Counted from the stretch's first letter, positions 8,584 to 17,985 are shown. The stretch: DNA of 32,031 nt from Bacillota bacterium (GCA_023435565.1 JAEYRN010000089.1:1-32031), one strand, 5' to 3'. The notes: generated by a model not told the origin, from the letters alone. Translations and numbers: made by a program.

Positions 8584-9552
8584 TTGACAAACGAAGGTTT
8601 ACTGCGAAGAGTGGGAATAAAAATCGGGCATTATACAAACAGTGAAGATTTAACCGGAGTGACAGTTTTTATTGCGGAAAGCGGCGCCGAAATAGGCATC
8701 GATATTAGAGGTTCCGGTACCGGAACTCTTAATACCCCATCCTTTGATCCGAAATCAGCCGGTAGAATTGTACATGCCGTCATTTTAACCGGGGGAAGTA
8801 TTTTTGGTTTAGAATCGGCTTTCGGCGTTTTAAAATATTTGGAGGAGCACGGTATCGGTAATCGCCGTAGCGGCAGATTGGTTCCGGGAATAACCGGAGC
8901 GGTTATTCACGACTTAGCGGAAGGTAATGATCGGAGACCAACTAAGGAAAATGGTTTGGAGGCGGCCCGGAACAGCTCATATGAAACCCCAATCCAAGGG
9001 AAAGTTGGTGTTGGTACCGGGGCAACGATTGGAAAATGGTTTAAAGGTGAAAAAAGAAAGGGCGGTTTCGGGGCGTCGTTTAAAATAATAGCTAAGGATA
9101 TTGTTGTTACTGCTTTTGTGGTAACCAATGCAATCGGTGATGTAATAAACAATGATGCTTCATGTAAAGCAGAGGAGCGGCAAGAATTATATGATAATTG
9201 TGATCAGGAGGAATTAAATAGGCTGTCGGGATTAATCGATTTTTCCTCTCAAAATACCACTCTGGGTGTTATCGCTACTAATATAAAATTAAATAAAATC
9301 CAGCTGATGAAGGTCGCTGAGCTTGCCCATGATGGTATGGCTAGGGCGATTTGCCCGGTACATACGAGTTTGGATGGGGACATTGTTTTTGCGCTTTCAT
9401 CTTTAGACAGTGATAGAATCGAACCTTCTTTGCCTGATACCGTATTGGTCGACCTAATTGGCGTGGCTGCGGCCGATGCTTTGGAAGAAGCGATTCGTAA
9501 CAGTGTAAGCTATGAAATTAGCAAGGAAAGATGTGATACCAATGCTTCATAA
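8584..9552 (+). CDS. DmpA/OAT-like self-processing aminopeptidase (peptidase family S58, L-aminopeptidase/D-esterase-like).
   Basis: It has GVTVF...AVILTGGSIFGLESAFGV, the Gly-Ser autoprocessing region of DmpA/BapA-type Ntn hydrolases. The preferred start is TTG 8584, with AAGAGG 8 nt upstream. The track's TTG 8566 has no RBS. Confidence 0.7.
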   Translation: MTNEGLLRRVGIKIGHYTNSEDLTGVTVFIAESGAEIGIDIRGSGTGTLNTPSFDPKSAGRIVHAVILTGGSIFGLESAFGVLKYLEEHGIGNRRSGRLVPGITGAVIHDLAEGNDRRPTKENGLEAARNSSYETPIQGKVGVGTGATIGKWFKGEKRKGGFGASFKIIAKDIVVTAFVVTNAIGDVINNDASCKAEERQELYDNCDQEELNRLSGLIDFSSQNTTLGVIATNIKLNKIQLMKVAELAHDGMARAICPVHTSLDGDIVFALSSLDSDRIEPSLPDTVLVDLIGVAAADALEEAIRNSVSYEISKERCDTNAS

Positions 9553-10738
9553 TAGGAATGTGGTTCTGGGAATAACCGGTGGAATTGCCGCTTATAAAGC
9601 ATGTGACATTGTCAGCGGTCTTAAGAAACTAAACGCTAATGTGGATGTGATCATGACCCAAGCCGCAACGGAGTTTATTACACCGCTGACTTTGCAAAGC
9701 ATCAGTCAGAATAAGGTTACGGTCGATATGTTTGAAAGCCCGGGAGACTGGGAAATCGGGCATATTTCCTTGGCTAAAAAAGCGGATTTGATTGTTATCG
9801 CTCCTGCGACCGCTAATATTATCGGTAAACTAGCCAACGGAATCGCCGATGATATGCTTTCCACCACGGTTATGGCTACCAAGGCCTCGATTTTGATAGC
9901 GCCGGCAATGAATACCAATATGTATACCAATTCAATCGTCCAAGCTAACATTGAGAAATTGAAAAATAATGGTGTAATTTTTATTGCCCCAGAAACCGGC
10001 AGGCTGGCCTGTGGAGATATTGGTGATGGAAAACTGGCCTCTGTTGATACGATTGTGCATCAAATCACTAAATTGCTTACCCGGGCCAAAGATTTTTCTG
10101 GGCGAAAGATCCTGATTACAGCAGGTCCAACCCGGGAGGCAATCGATCCGGTACGTTTCATTTCCAATCACTCTTCCGGCAAAATGGGCTATGCGCTAGC
10201 CGAAGCAGCGGTAGAACGGGGTGCCGATGTGACTCTAATCTCCGGACCGGTCTCACTAACAAAACCTAATGGTTTAAGTTCGTTTATTATGGTCGAATCC
10301 GCTGCTGAAATGCATCAGGCGGTTATGGATTGTTTTCAGGAGATGGGCATAATCATTATGACAGCGGCAGTAGGTGACTTCACACCCAAATGGAAGTCAC
10401 CCGAAAAAATCAAAAAGCATGACGGCGGTCTAAAGATTGAGTTGGAGAAAACCCCCGACATCCTGTCCGAACTTGGGAAACAAAAAGGGGATCGTATTTT
10501 AATCGGTTTTGCCGCTGAAACTCAAAAGCTTTTGGAATATGCCGGAGAGAAGCTAGTTAAAAAGAACCTGGACTTCATCGTAGCCAATGATCTGACGCAG
10601 AAAGGAGCAGGCTTCGGTGTCGAAACCAATATTGTTAAGATCATTAACCGCTCCGGCAAAGTCGAAGAGTTACCCTTAATGAGCAAATTGGAGTTAGGCC
10701 GAATAATCTTTGACAGGATTAAAGAATTCTTAATTTAA
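9542..10738 (+). CDS. coaBC: Bifunctional phosphopantothenoylcysteine decarboxylase / phosphopantothenate-cysteine ligase.
   Basis: The N-terminal flavoprotein domain reads VVLGITGGIAAYKA. The C-terminal CoaB domain reads ITAGPTREAIDPVRFISNHSSGKMG. The start is either ATG 9542 or ATG 9512. The ORF overlaps the upstream gene by 11-41 nt. Confidence 0.85.
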   Translation: MLHNRNVVLGITGGIAAYKACDIVSGLKKLNANVDVIMTQAATEFITPLTLQSISQNKVTVDMFESPGDWEIGHISLAKKADLIVIAPATANIIGKLANGIADDMLSTTVMATKASILIAPAMNTNMYTNSIVQANIEKLKNNGVIFIAPETGRLACGDIGDGKLASVDTIVHQITKLLTRAKDFSGRKILITAGPTREAIDPVRFISNHSSGKMGYALAEAAVERGADVTLISGPVSLTKPNGLSSFIMVESAAEMHQAVMDCFQEMGIIIMTAAVGDFTPKWKSPEKIKKHDGGLKIELEKTPDILSELGKQKGDRILIGFAAETQKLLEYAGEKLVKKNLDFIVANDLTQKGAGFGVETNIVKIINRSGKVEELPLMSKLELGRIIFDRIKEFLI

Positions 10739-10774
10739 AAGAAGTTTGATTCTCAATGAAAAGGTTGTGGTGAA

Positions 10775-11887
10775 ATGAAACTGGATGATTTCAAACTGGA
10801 ACGTTATTTTGCAAAATACGAGTTCTCGGTGGAGTGTTTATTGAGTCCGTCCGATTGTGAAAGTTTAACCATTCCGGAATTATTGGAATATGCCGATAAG
10901 GACGGCATGGAAATGTGGTCCAATTTGAAGCTTGGGTACACCGAATCCAAAGGACATCCGGCTTTACGGGAAGAGATTGCCGGGCTGTATCAAAGGATTA
11001 AGCCGGATAATATTTTAGTGATAACGCCTGAGGAAGGTATTTTTATCGCTTTGAATACCATACTGCAACCGGGTGACGGCGTAATCTCAATATATCCGGT
11101 TTATCAGTCTCTAATGGAGATACCTCGCGCTTTAGGCTGTAAGGTGACTGCCTGGCCGTTGGAAGCCGAGAATGGAAATTGGAGATTGGATCTAAATAAG
11201 TTAGAGGAAAGTATTGATGAAAAAACCAGGCTTATAATTATTAACTTTCCTCATAATCCCAGCGGCTTTTTACCCTCAGGTGAACTTTTCGGGGAAATTG
11301 TCAACCTGGCAAGACGGCATAATCTTTATCTCTTTTCCGACGAGATGTATTGGATGTCGGAGCATAATTCAGCCGATCGATTGCCGGCTGTAGCCGATGT
11401 TTATGAAAAAGGGGTTTCTTTATTCGGCCTTTCCAAAACCTTCGGCCTTCCGGGATTAAGGATCGGCTGGCTGGCCAGTCAAGACCAGGCGCTGATGGCA
11501 AAATGCGGCAGTTTCAAGGACTATACAACCATCTGCGCCGGCGCTCCCAGCGAGGCCTTAGCAATTATCGGTTTAAAGGCCAAGGAAAAGTTAATCGCGG
11601 GGAGTTTGGAAATCATCCAAAAAAATAAGATACTTGCCGTGGACTTTTTCGGCAAGTATCCGGAGAACTTTCAATGGTTCTCGCCAAAGGCCGGTTCAAC
11701 AGCTTTTCCGAGACTAACGGCGAATATTCCGGTGGAATCATTCTGTGAAGATGTGATTATAAAGAAGAACCTGATGATCCTTCCGGGAACTGTCTTTGAT
11801 TATCACGGGAACCATTTCCGGGTCGGACTGGGGCGAATGAATTTTCCCAAGGCCCTTGCAAGACTGGGTGAATATTTGTCACTTTAA
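10775..11887 (+). CDS. PLP-dependent aminotransferase, class I/II (HisC/CobD-like size).
   Basis: The PLP-lysine motif is SKTFGLPGLRIGW. The protein is about 370 aa. The N-terminus reads LERYFAKYEF. Confidence 0.8.
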   Translation: MKLDDFKLERYFAKYEFSVECLLSPSDCESLTIPELLEYADKDGMEMWSNLKLGYTESKGHPALREEIAGLYQRIKPDNILVITPEEGIFIALNTILQPGDGVISIYPVYQSLMEIPRALGCKVTAWPLEAENGNWRLDLNKLEESIDEKTRLIIINFPHNPSGFLPSGELFGEIVNLARRHNLYLFSDEMYWMSEHNSADRLPAVADVYEKGVSLFGLSKTFGLPGLRIGWLASQDQALMAKCGSFKDYTTICAGAPSEALAIIGLKAKEKLIAGSLEIIQKNKILAVDFFGKYPENFQWFSPKAGSTAFPRLTANIPVESFCEDVIIKKNLMILPGTVFDYHGNHFRVGLGRMNFPKALARLGEYLSL

Positions 11888-11924
11888 TTTATGTCAATAT
11901 TTTTCTGAAAACGGCGGGATTATA

Positions 11925-12728
11925 ATGCGTTTATTTCTAGCTTTTATCAAAACTAATTTTAAAATTATGATCCAGTACAAGTGGGGATTTATGCTTTCAC
12001 TGATTGGCGACCCAATTGTGATGCTGATCAATATCGCGTTATTTAGTAGTATCTACAAACATAACGGGGCCCAATCAATCCTCGGATATAGTCTTTCTCA
12101 AATGGTCTGGTATTTTACCGGAGTCACTTTTATCTGGTATTTGATTTGGAACTTTACTGACTCCAATATTGCCGAAAAAATCATCAGCGGCAACCTGGCT
12201 ATTGATTTACTAAGACCGGTATCGGTAATCAAAATGGAACTGGCCCAGGCGATTGCCCTCCGGACCGCAGGCGTTGTTTTTGAATTCTTACCTGGGATAA
12301 TCCTTTACAGCCTGATTTTCTATCCCGATTTTTTAACTGTTTATTCTTTGCTCAAATTTTTATTGGTGGTGATATTATCATTCACCCTCTTCTTTTTAAT
12401 CAACTTCTTGGTTGGTTTATCGGCTTTTGTAATCCAAAGCAATTTTTCGTTGCAAAGCATCAAGTTTATTCTTATATCCTTGACGGCCGGCGCTTATGTA
12501 CCCCTTGAATTCTTTCCGGAATGGTTTAATAAGTTTAACGGCTTTTTACCTTTTCAGTATATTTTCTATTGGCCGATTCAATTCTTTTTAAACATGGAAT
12601 TCACCCATGGCGCGGAGGCCCTACTGAAAGTAGTTGGGATACAATTACTATGGGCCATTGCCTTGTACCTTCTCTGTAAATATTTGTGGCGGAAAGCAAT
12701 CCGAAAGTTCGGCGCAGTCGGAGGATGA
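11925..12728 (+). CDS. ABC-2 family transporter permease (ABC2_membrane_6/DUF990-like).
   Basis: It is a polytopic membrane protein with about six TM segments. It sits immediately upstream of a second similar permease and an ABC ATPase. The start is ATG 11925. Confidence 0.65.
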   Translation: MRLFLAFIKTNFKIMIQYKWGFMLSLIGDPIVMLINIALFSSIYKHNGAQSILGYSLSQMVWYFTGVTFIWYLIWNFTDSNIAEKIISGNLAIDLLRPVSVIKMELAQAIALRTAGVVFEFLPGIILYSLIFYPDFLTVYSLLKFLLVVILSFTLFFLINFLVGLSAFVIQSNFSLQSIKFILISLTAGAYVPLEFFPEWFNKFNGFLPFQYIFYWPIQFFLNMEFTHGAEALLKVVGIQLLWAIALYLLCKYLWRKAIRKFGAVGG

Positions 12729-12731
12729 TTG

Positions 12732-13526
12732 ATGAAGACTTTAATCAATTTATTTAGGCTCTTTTTCTTTAATTGTAAAATCAGGCTTGCCCGGAGCATT
12801 GAGTTTAGGTTTGATTTCTTTTTAGGTGTATTTGTCGCTCTAAGTTTATCAGCGATTGGTCCCTTGGTCCAGTATTTGATTTTTACCCGTACCAATGGCT
12901 ATCCCGGTTGGAATATCGACCAAATCGTCTTATTTCAAGGGGTACTCTTGTTATGGCTCGGTTTAAAGGATACAATCTTTGGGGACCTGCGGAATAACGT
13001 TCAAAATTTAGTCCGTAAAGGGGAATTTGATCGGCTACTTCTCAAACCTTATCCACCGATTGGGATTATCCTGACAGGCGGGTTTTACTATTACGGAATC
13101 GGTACTGTTATTGCCGGTATGGTCGTTATTGCTTATGCAATCAATAAAATGCAATTGATGATTAATCTAGGTCAATTAGGTTGGTTTTTCCTATTCTTAA
13201 TTGCCGGACTCATCCTATATATGGGATTCATGGTCTTGTTCTGTACTTTGGTAGTCATCTTTGTCTTCACCTTCAGGGCCGGTGAAATCCTGGATAAAAT
13301 ATTGCGGTTCTCGGAATTTCCTTTGGAGATTTTTCCCCGCTTGACCAGAGTAGTATTTATTACAGTGCTTCCCTTTGCTGTTTGGATTTACTTTCCGGCC
13401 CAGACATTGCTTGGCAGGTTAGAAATCAAGGGCTTACTGGGAGTGGTTTTTAGTATCCTCGTCTTTTGGATTAATTTGAAATTATGGAATTGGGGTTTAA
13501 AAAAATACACGAGCGCGGGTGGATGA
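12732..13526 (+). CDS. ABC-2 family transporter permease (second subunit).
   Basis: It is a polytopic membrane protein. The GGAGG RBS lies inside the end of the previous gene. The ATG is 4 nt after the previous stop. Confidence 0.65.
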   Translation: MKTLINLFRLFFFNCKIRLARSIEFRFDFFLGVFVALSLSAIGPLVQYLIFTRTNGYPGWNIDQIVLFQGVLLLWLGLKDTIFGDLRNNVQNLVRKGEFDRLLLKPYPPIGIILTGGFYYYGIGTVIAGMVVIAYAINKMQLMINLGQLGWFFLFLIAGLILYMGFMVLFCTLVVIFVFTFRAGEILDKILRFSEFPLEIFPRLTRVVFITVLPFAVWIYFPAQTLLGRLEIKGLLGVVFSILVFWINLKLWNWGLKKYTSAGG

Positions 13527-13527
13527 G

Positions 13528-14511
13528 ATGGCTGAAAATATTATTAGTGTTACCGGACTTAAAAAAGTCTATAAGGTTAATCAAAGGGAAAAAGAAGGAT
13601 TGTTACCGGCACTTAAATCATTGGTGAAAAGAGAGTATAAATATGTTAATGCCGTTGACGGCATCAATTTTCAGGTTGAAAACGGAGAGATCAGGGCCTT
13701 GATCGGGCCTAACGGCGCCGGGAAATCAACTACTATTAAAATGCTCTGCGGCATTCTTTACCCTACCGAAGGCGAAGTACGGGTAATAGGTTATACTCCT
13801 TGGCTCGAAAGAGAGGATTACGTTAGGAACATCGGAGCGGTCTTCGGTCAGAAATCGCAATTGATCTGGGAATTGCCGGCCATCGATACTTTTGCCTTAA
13901 GTAAGGAGATGTACCGGATCCCGGAGCAAAAATACCGGGACAATCTGGAGTATTTTAAGGAATTGTTGCAGATCGGGGAAGTAATTAAAAAACCCGTCCG
14001 ACAGCTTTCTTTGGGCGAAAGGATGAAATGTGAGTTGGTCTGCGCGTTGCTTCACGAGCCGCGGCTGGTCTTTTTGGATGAACCAACCATTGGGCTGGAC
14101 ATTATTTCGAAGGATACTATCAGAAACTTTATTAAAAAGGCTAACCGGGATAAAAAAATTACTTTTATCGTTACCACTCACGATTTGGATGATATAGAGA
14201 ATCTCTGCGAAAAAATCACTATCATTAATTACGGTAAAATAGTTTTTGACGATTACTTAGCCAAACTGACGAACTTTTATTCCAATAAAAAATTAATCGA
14301 AGTTAAATTTCGAGAACAAGTCAGCCCGGAGAAACTAAAAGGTTTTCATGTAGTTACGTTCGACTCATTTTCGGCCAATATTGAAGTGGAATTGGCCGGA
14401 AAAGACTTGCAGTCCGAAGTTGCAAAGATATTCGGCACTTTACCGGTCCATGATATTAATATCAGCAATATTCCAATTGAAGAGGTTATTAAACAAATTT
14501 ATCGCGAATGA
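13528..14511 (+). CDS. ABC transporter ATP-binding protein.
   Basis: Walker A is GPNGAGKST. The ABC signature is LSLGERMK. Walker B is LVFLDEPTIGLD. The start overlaps the stop of the upstream permease. Confidence 0.85.
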   Translation: MAENIISVTGLKKVYKVNQREKEGLLPALKSLVKREYKYVNAVDGINFQVENGEIRALIGPNGAGKSTTIKMLCGILYPTEGEVRVIGYTPWLEREDYVRNIGAVFGQKSQLIWELPAIDTFALSKEMYRIPEQKYRDNLEYFKELLQIGEVIKKPVRQLSLGERMKCELVCALLHEPRLVFLDEPTIGLDIISKDTIRNFIKKANRDKKITFIVTTHDLDDIENLCEKITIINYGKIVFDDYLAKLTNFYSNKKLIEVKFREQVSPEKLKGFHVVTFDSFSANIEVELAGKDLQSEVAKIFGTLPVHDINISNIPIEEVIKQIYRE

Positions 14512-14600
14512 AGAGGTTGATATTTGTTATGTAAACCTAATCTCCTTTAAGATCCTTAAATTTGCTCAGTTATGCTCATTTTTAGTTGAGTATCCTCGAG

Positions 14601-14629
14601 TAGACAGTTTGGTAAACCCCTGGTATAAT
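14601..14629 (+). promoter_or_regulatory. SigA-type promoter with an extended -10, upstream of the sleB-like gene.
   Basis: The -35 is TAGACA, the spacer is 17 nt, and the extended -10 is TGgTATAAT. A leader of about 95 nt runs to the RBS. Confidence 0.55.
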
Positions 14630-14723
14630 CCATTAAGCGATACAGCCCCTCATGGACCCGATATCCCAACCGGCTCCGCGAAAAGCATTGGGTAAGATAC
14701 CGAGAACAGAAAGGGGAAATGTA

Positions 14724-15341
14724 ATGAAACTGAAAAAAAGGATTATTGCGGGATTGGTTACTTTTACCGTACTATGCGCCGGAGTCATGCCTTACGCTTC
14801 ACCGGCAATGGCTTGGACATACCGGATTGAGAGTGGCGATTCCCTATTTAAGCTATCGAAAGAGTTCGGTTCAAAAGTAGATACGTTACAGAAAGCAAAC
14901 GGATTAAAATCTGATTTGATTTTAACCGGTAAGAAACTTTGGATTCCGGATACCGAAGCCAAACCAATGCAAAATTCGCGGGGCCAAAACGACCTTTACT
15001 TGCTGGCAAGGTTAATCAGCGGTGAAGTACGGGGTGAGTCTTATCAGGGACAGGTGGCCGTGGGCGCGGTAATCATGAACCGGCTGAACAGCAATGATTT
15101 TCCGAGTACAATTGTCGGTAATGTTTATAAGAAAGGCGAGTTTGAATCCGTTTCCAACGGGCAAATTTGGGGAACGGTAACGGAGTCGGCATTAAAAGCG
15201 GCGAAGGCTGCAATTTCCGGAGAGGATCCAACCGGAGGAGCGCTTTACTTTTATAATCCGGGCAAAGTGCATTCTAAAACCAATTGGATCTGGAGCCGTC
15301 AGGTAACTGGCAGAATAGGGTTGCATGTTTTTGCCATCTAA
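14724..15341 (+). CDS. LysM-domain cell-wall hydrolase of the SleB family (spore cortex-lytic enzyme-like).
   Basis: It has a signal peptide, then a LysM domain (YRIESGDSLFKLSKEFGSKVDTLQKANGL), then a SleB/Hydrolase_2 domain (LLARLISGEVRGESYQGQVAVGAVIMNRL...GALYFYNP). The RBS is AAAGGGGAAATGTA before the ATG. Confidence 0.8.
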   Translation: MKLKKRIIAGLVTFTVLCAGVMPYASPAMAWTYRIESGDSLFKLSKEFGSKVDTLQKANGLKSDLILTGKKLWIPDTEAKPMQNSRGQNDLYLLARLISGEVRGESYQGQVAVGAVIMNRLNSNDFPSTIVGNVYKKGEFESVSNGQIWGTVTESALKAAKAAISGEDPTGGALYFYNPGKVHSKTNWIWSRQVTGRIGLHVFAI

Positions 15342-15346
15342 ATCAA

Positions 15347-15374
15347 GGGAGGCGACTGAGGGTTGCCTCCTTTT
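15347..15374 (+). terminator. Rho-independent terminator.
   Basis: The stems GGGAGGC and GCCTCC flank an 11-nt loop and are followed by TTTT. Confidence 0.6.
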
Positions 15375-15634
15375 CCAATGTTATTAGTATTTTAAAGTTA
15401 AAATTGGCCTAAGAATAGTTCGAAAAAAGCAGGAATTATTATTACCAGCTAGAATCTATTAAAAATTATTGTTCATAAATCCATACCAGATCAGTTTGTT
15501 TTATTCAGGCTTTGATAACCAGAGAAGCCGATGGGGGAGGTTTTCTTCAACGACTTCTTTTTCATTTCATATTTATAGTATTTGTTCAACTTTTAATAGT
15601 ATATTGATTGCTAATAACCGAAGAGAGGTTGATT

Positions 15635-17248
15635 ATGCATTCATTAGCGGTCCTTATCGGTTTGGCCGGAGGCTTAGGTCTTTTTAGTTTCGGGATGCAG
15701 ATGTGTTCCGAAGGTTTAAAAAAAATGGCGGCTCGACGCTTCAAACATCTTATTAAAACTTTAACTTCCAATCCGATCTTTGCATTGTTTGTGGGGGCCA
15801 TTGTGACCATCGGTTTTCAGAGCAGCAGCGCCACCTCTGCTCTGGTTGTCGGTTTTGTAAGCGCTAAGATGATGGCATTGTCTCAGGCCCTTGGAGTATT
15901 GCTTGGTTCGTCAATCGGCGCTTCTTTTACCGCCCAGTTAATTGCTTTTAAAACTACCGATTTGGCTTTGATTCTGCTTTTTTGCGGGGCTTATCTCTAT
16001 ATTTTTTCTAAGTATTCCAACCGCCGAAGTTTAGGTCAGGCAATAATCGGTTTGGGATTAATTTTCTATGGAATGTCGGTTATGACCGCTTCTATGGCTC
16101 CGGTACGGGATTATCCGATTGTAGTGAATTCTCTGGTCCGATTACAACAATACCCGATCTTGGAGTTTCTTGTTGGTTTGATTGTTACGGCATTGATTCA
16201 GTCTAGTCCGGTTTTCTTGGCGTTATTGATGAGTTTGGCCAGCCAAAACTTGATTGGCCCTTTATCGATAGTACCATTTGTTTTAGGATCCCATTTGGGG
16301 GGGACTGTTACTGGGGTCATTTCAAGTATCGGGGCTCCGGGAAGGGACGCTAAACGGGCTGCTTTGGCAAATTTCTTTTATAAACTAGTAAATGGTTTGG
16401 TGTTTCTCCCTTTTTATCGTCCGCTTACCAATTTAATGCTCGGTAGTTCTCCCGATTTTAGCAGGCAAATTGCTAATTGTCACACATTTTTTTCATTGGC
16501 GATGGCAGCCGGGTTTTTACCATTTACCCAATCCGTATCGAAGTTCATAAAAAAAATTATCCCCGACCGGAAAGAAGGATTGGGCCAAGCTATCTATTTG
16601 GATCAGAACTTATTAGCCGTACCTGAAGTAGCCCTTGATCAAGCGCATCGCCAGACATTGGAAATGGGTGAAATTGTCTCAGTAGAAATGTTGAATCGGG
16701 TGGTCCCGCTTCTCAAGTATGGAAATGATGAAAGTCTTGACCGGATTGCCGAGGTTGAAAAAGCAATCGACTCGTTATACAAACAGATTAGTAAGTATGT
16801 GGCTAGTCTTGGTAATAGTGACCTCCAAGAAGACTTAATGACAAAAAGTATTCAGATTCTTTATGTAGCCAATGATTTGGAACATATCGGGGATATTATC
16901 GAGAACATTGGTCAACAAGCCCGAAAATTGAGTATTGAAGATCTGGAGTTTTCGGAAGAAGGTTTAAATGAGATCGAAAATATTTTTAACAAGACCTTGA
17001 ACAACTTTAAGCTGGCCCTTAAATCTTTTGAAACAATGGACCCAGCAGTAGCAATCAATGTTATAAAAGAACATCCCCTGATTCAGCGGTTTGAAAAAGA
17101 ACTTCGTTATAACCATTTTGACCGGATGCAATGTGGTAATGCCAAGACTGTTGCCACTACTTCGATTCATTTGGATTTGATCGAAAGCATTTTAAGAATA
17201 GAAATGCATACAATGAATATTGCCCAATGTGTAATGGGGATAGTCTAA
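15635..17248 (+). CDS. Na+/phosphate cotransporter family protein (NptA-like) with a C-terminal PhoU-like domain.
   Basis: The N-terminal Na/Pi-cotransporter repeats read GLGLFSFGMQ...GFQSSSATSALVVG and QSSPVFLALL. The C-terminal half is a helical PhoU-like region. The RBS is GAGAGG, 6 nt before ATG 15635. Confidence 0.85.
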   Translation: MHSLAVLIGLAGGLGLFSFGMQMCSEGLKKMAARRFKHLIKTLTSNPIFALFVGAIVTIGFQSSSATSALVVGFVSAKMMALSQALGVLLGSSIGASFTAQLIAFKTTDLALILLFCGAYLYIFSKYSNRRSLGQAIIGLGLIFYGMSVMTASMAPVRDYPIVVNSLVRLQQYPILEFLVGLIVTALIQSSPVFLALLMSLASQNLIGPLSIVPFVLGSHLGGTVTGVISSIGAPGRDAKRAALANFFYKLVNGLVFLPFYRPLTNLMLGSSPDFSRQIANCHTFFSLAMAAGFLPFTQSVSKFIKKIIPDRKEGLGQAIYLDQNLLAVPEVALDQAHRQTLEMGEIVSVEMLNRVVPLLKYGNDESLDRIAEVEKAIDSLYKQISKYVASLGNSDLQEDLMTKSIQILYVANDLEHIGDIIENIGQQARKLSIEDLEFSEEGLNEIENIFNKTLNNFKLALKSFETMDPAVAINVIKEHPLIQRFEKELRYNHFDRMQCGNAKTVATTSIHLDLIESILRIEMHTMNIAQCVMGIV

Positions 17249-17251
17249 AGT

Positions 17252-17290
17252 TTCGTTACGGATTAAACGTACCGCGTAACGCGTAACGAA
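17252..17290. other. Palindromic CGTTACG/CGTAACG cluster (inverted repeat plus tandem copy) in the 62-bp spacer between the transporter and phoU-like genes.
   Basis: TTCGTTACG (17252-17260) is followed by 14 nt, then CGTAACG CGTAACGAA (17275-17290). This is a 9-bp perfect inverted repeat with a duplicated right arm. No U-tract follows. Confidence 0.4.
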
Positions 17291-17310
17291 TATATGAAGG
17301 AGTTTTAGAA

Positions 17311-17985
17311 ATGGTTAGGCGTCTCAATACCTATGACCGGGCGTTACTGCAGATTGGCGATAAATTAAATAATATGGGCCAATTAGCTGGAAAACTGCTG
17401 GCTGAGGCTTTGAATTCTTTTATCGGACAGAACGATATACTGGCAAATCAGGTAATTGATAGTGATGATGAAATTGACGGTTTGGAGGAAACTATCGAGG
17501 CTGAGTCGATAAATTTAATCTCACTTCAACAGCCGGTTGATTATGACCTGCGTTTTTTGATTGCGGCGATGCGTATCAGCCGGGAACTTGAACGAATTAG
17601 CGATTATGCCTGCGACATCGCTGAAGTTACTCTCCATCTGAAGGCTAAAGTCGCCCTTATTAAGCCCTTGGTTGATCTGCCCAAATTGGCTGAATTGGTC
17701 CGGGAAATGATGGGAAAAAGTTTAAAGGCACATCTTGGAAAAGATTTAACTGCGGCCCGACAGATGGATGATGATGATGATGAAGTTGATGCTCTATTTA
17801 GATCTTTATTGCAAGAGCTGTTGGATTGGATGAAAAAAAGTCCCGAATATGTGGAACAGGCTAGTATGATCTTATTGATAGTCAGATATCTTGAACGGAT
17901 TGGGGATCATATTGTTAATATTTCCGAAATGACAATTTTCATGGAAACCGGTGAACGTCATCCATTTAAGCAATTTAAAAAGTAA
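17311..17985 (+). CDS. phoU: PhoU-family phosphate transport system regulator.
   Basis: It has two PhoU repeats with conserved motifs ELERISDYACDIAE and YLERIGDHIVNISE. The RBS is GAAGGAG. Confidence 0.85.
   Translation: MVRRLNTYDRALLQIGDKLNNMGQLAGKLLAEALNSFIGQNDILANQVIDSDDEIDGLEETIEAESINLISLQQPVDYDLRFLIAAMRISRELERISDYACDIAEVTLHLKAKVALIKPLVDLPKLAELVREMMGKSLKAHLGKDLTAARQMDDDDDEVDALFRSLLQELLDWMKKSPEYVEQASMILLIVRYLERIGDHIVNISEMTIFMETGERHPFKQFKK

Noticed and set aside
14381-14695. A 104-aa ORF overlapping the 3' end of the ABC ATPase gene and the sleB-like promoter/leader.
   Set aside because: It has no RBS. It spans a region better explained by a promoter plus leader. Its composition is that of a frame-shifted read of neighbouring sequence.
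15500-15634. Possible PhoP/PhoB (Pho box) direct repeats upstream of the Na/Pi cotransporter gene.
   Set aside because: There are TTCAAC-like hexamers. I could not find TT(A/T/C)ACA-type repeats at the 11-bp spacing required, so there is no convincing Pho box.
15469-15687. A 72-aa ORF in the Na/Pi transporter upstream region.
   Set aside because: It runs through the likely promoter and RBS of the transporter. It has no SD and the peptide is low-complexity.
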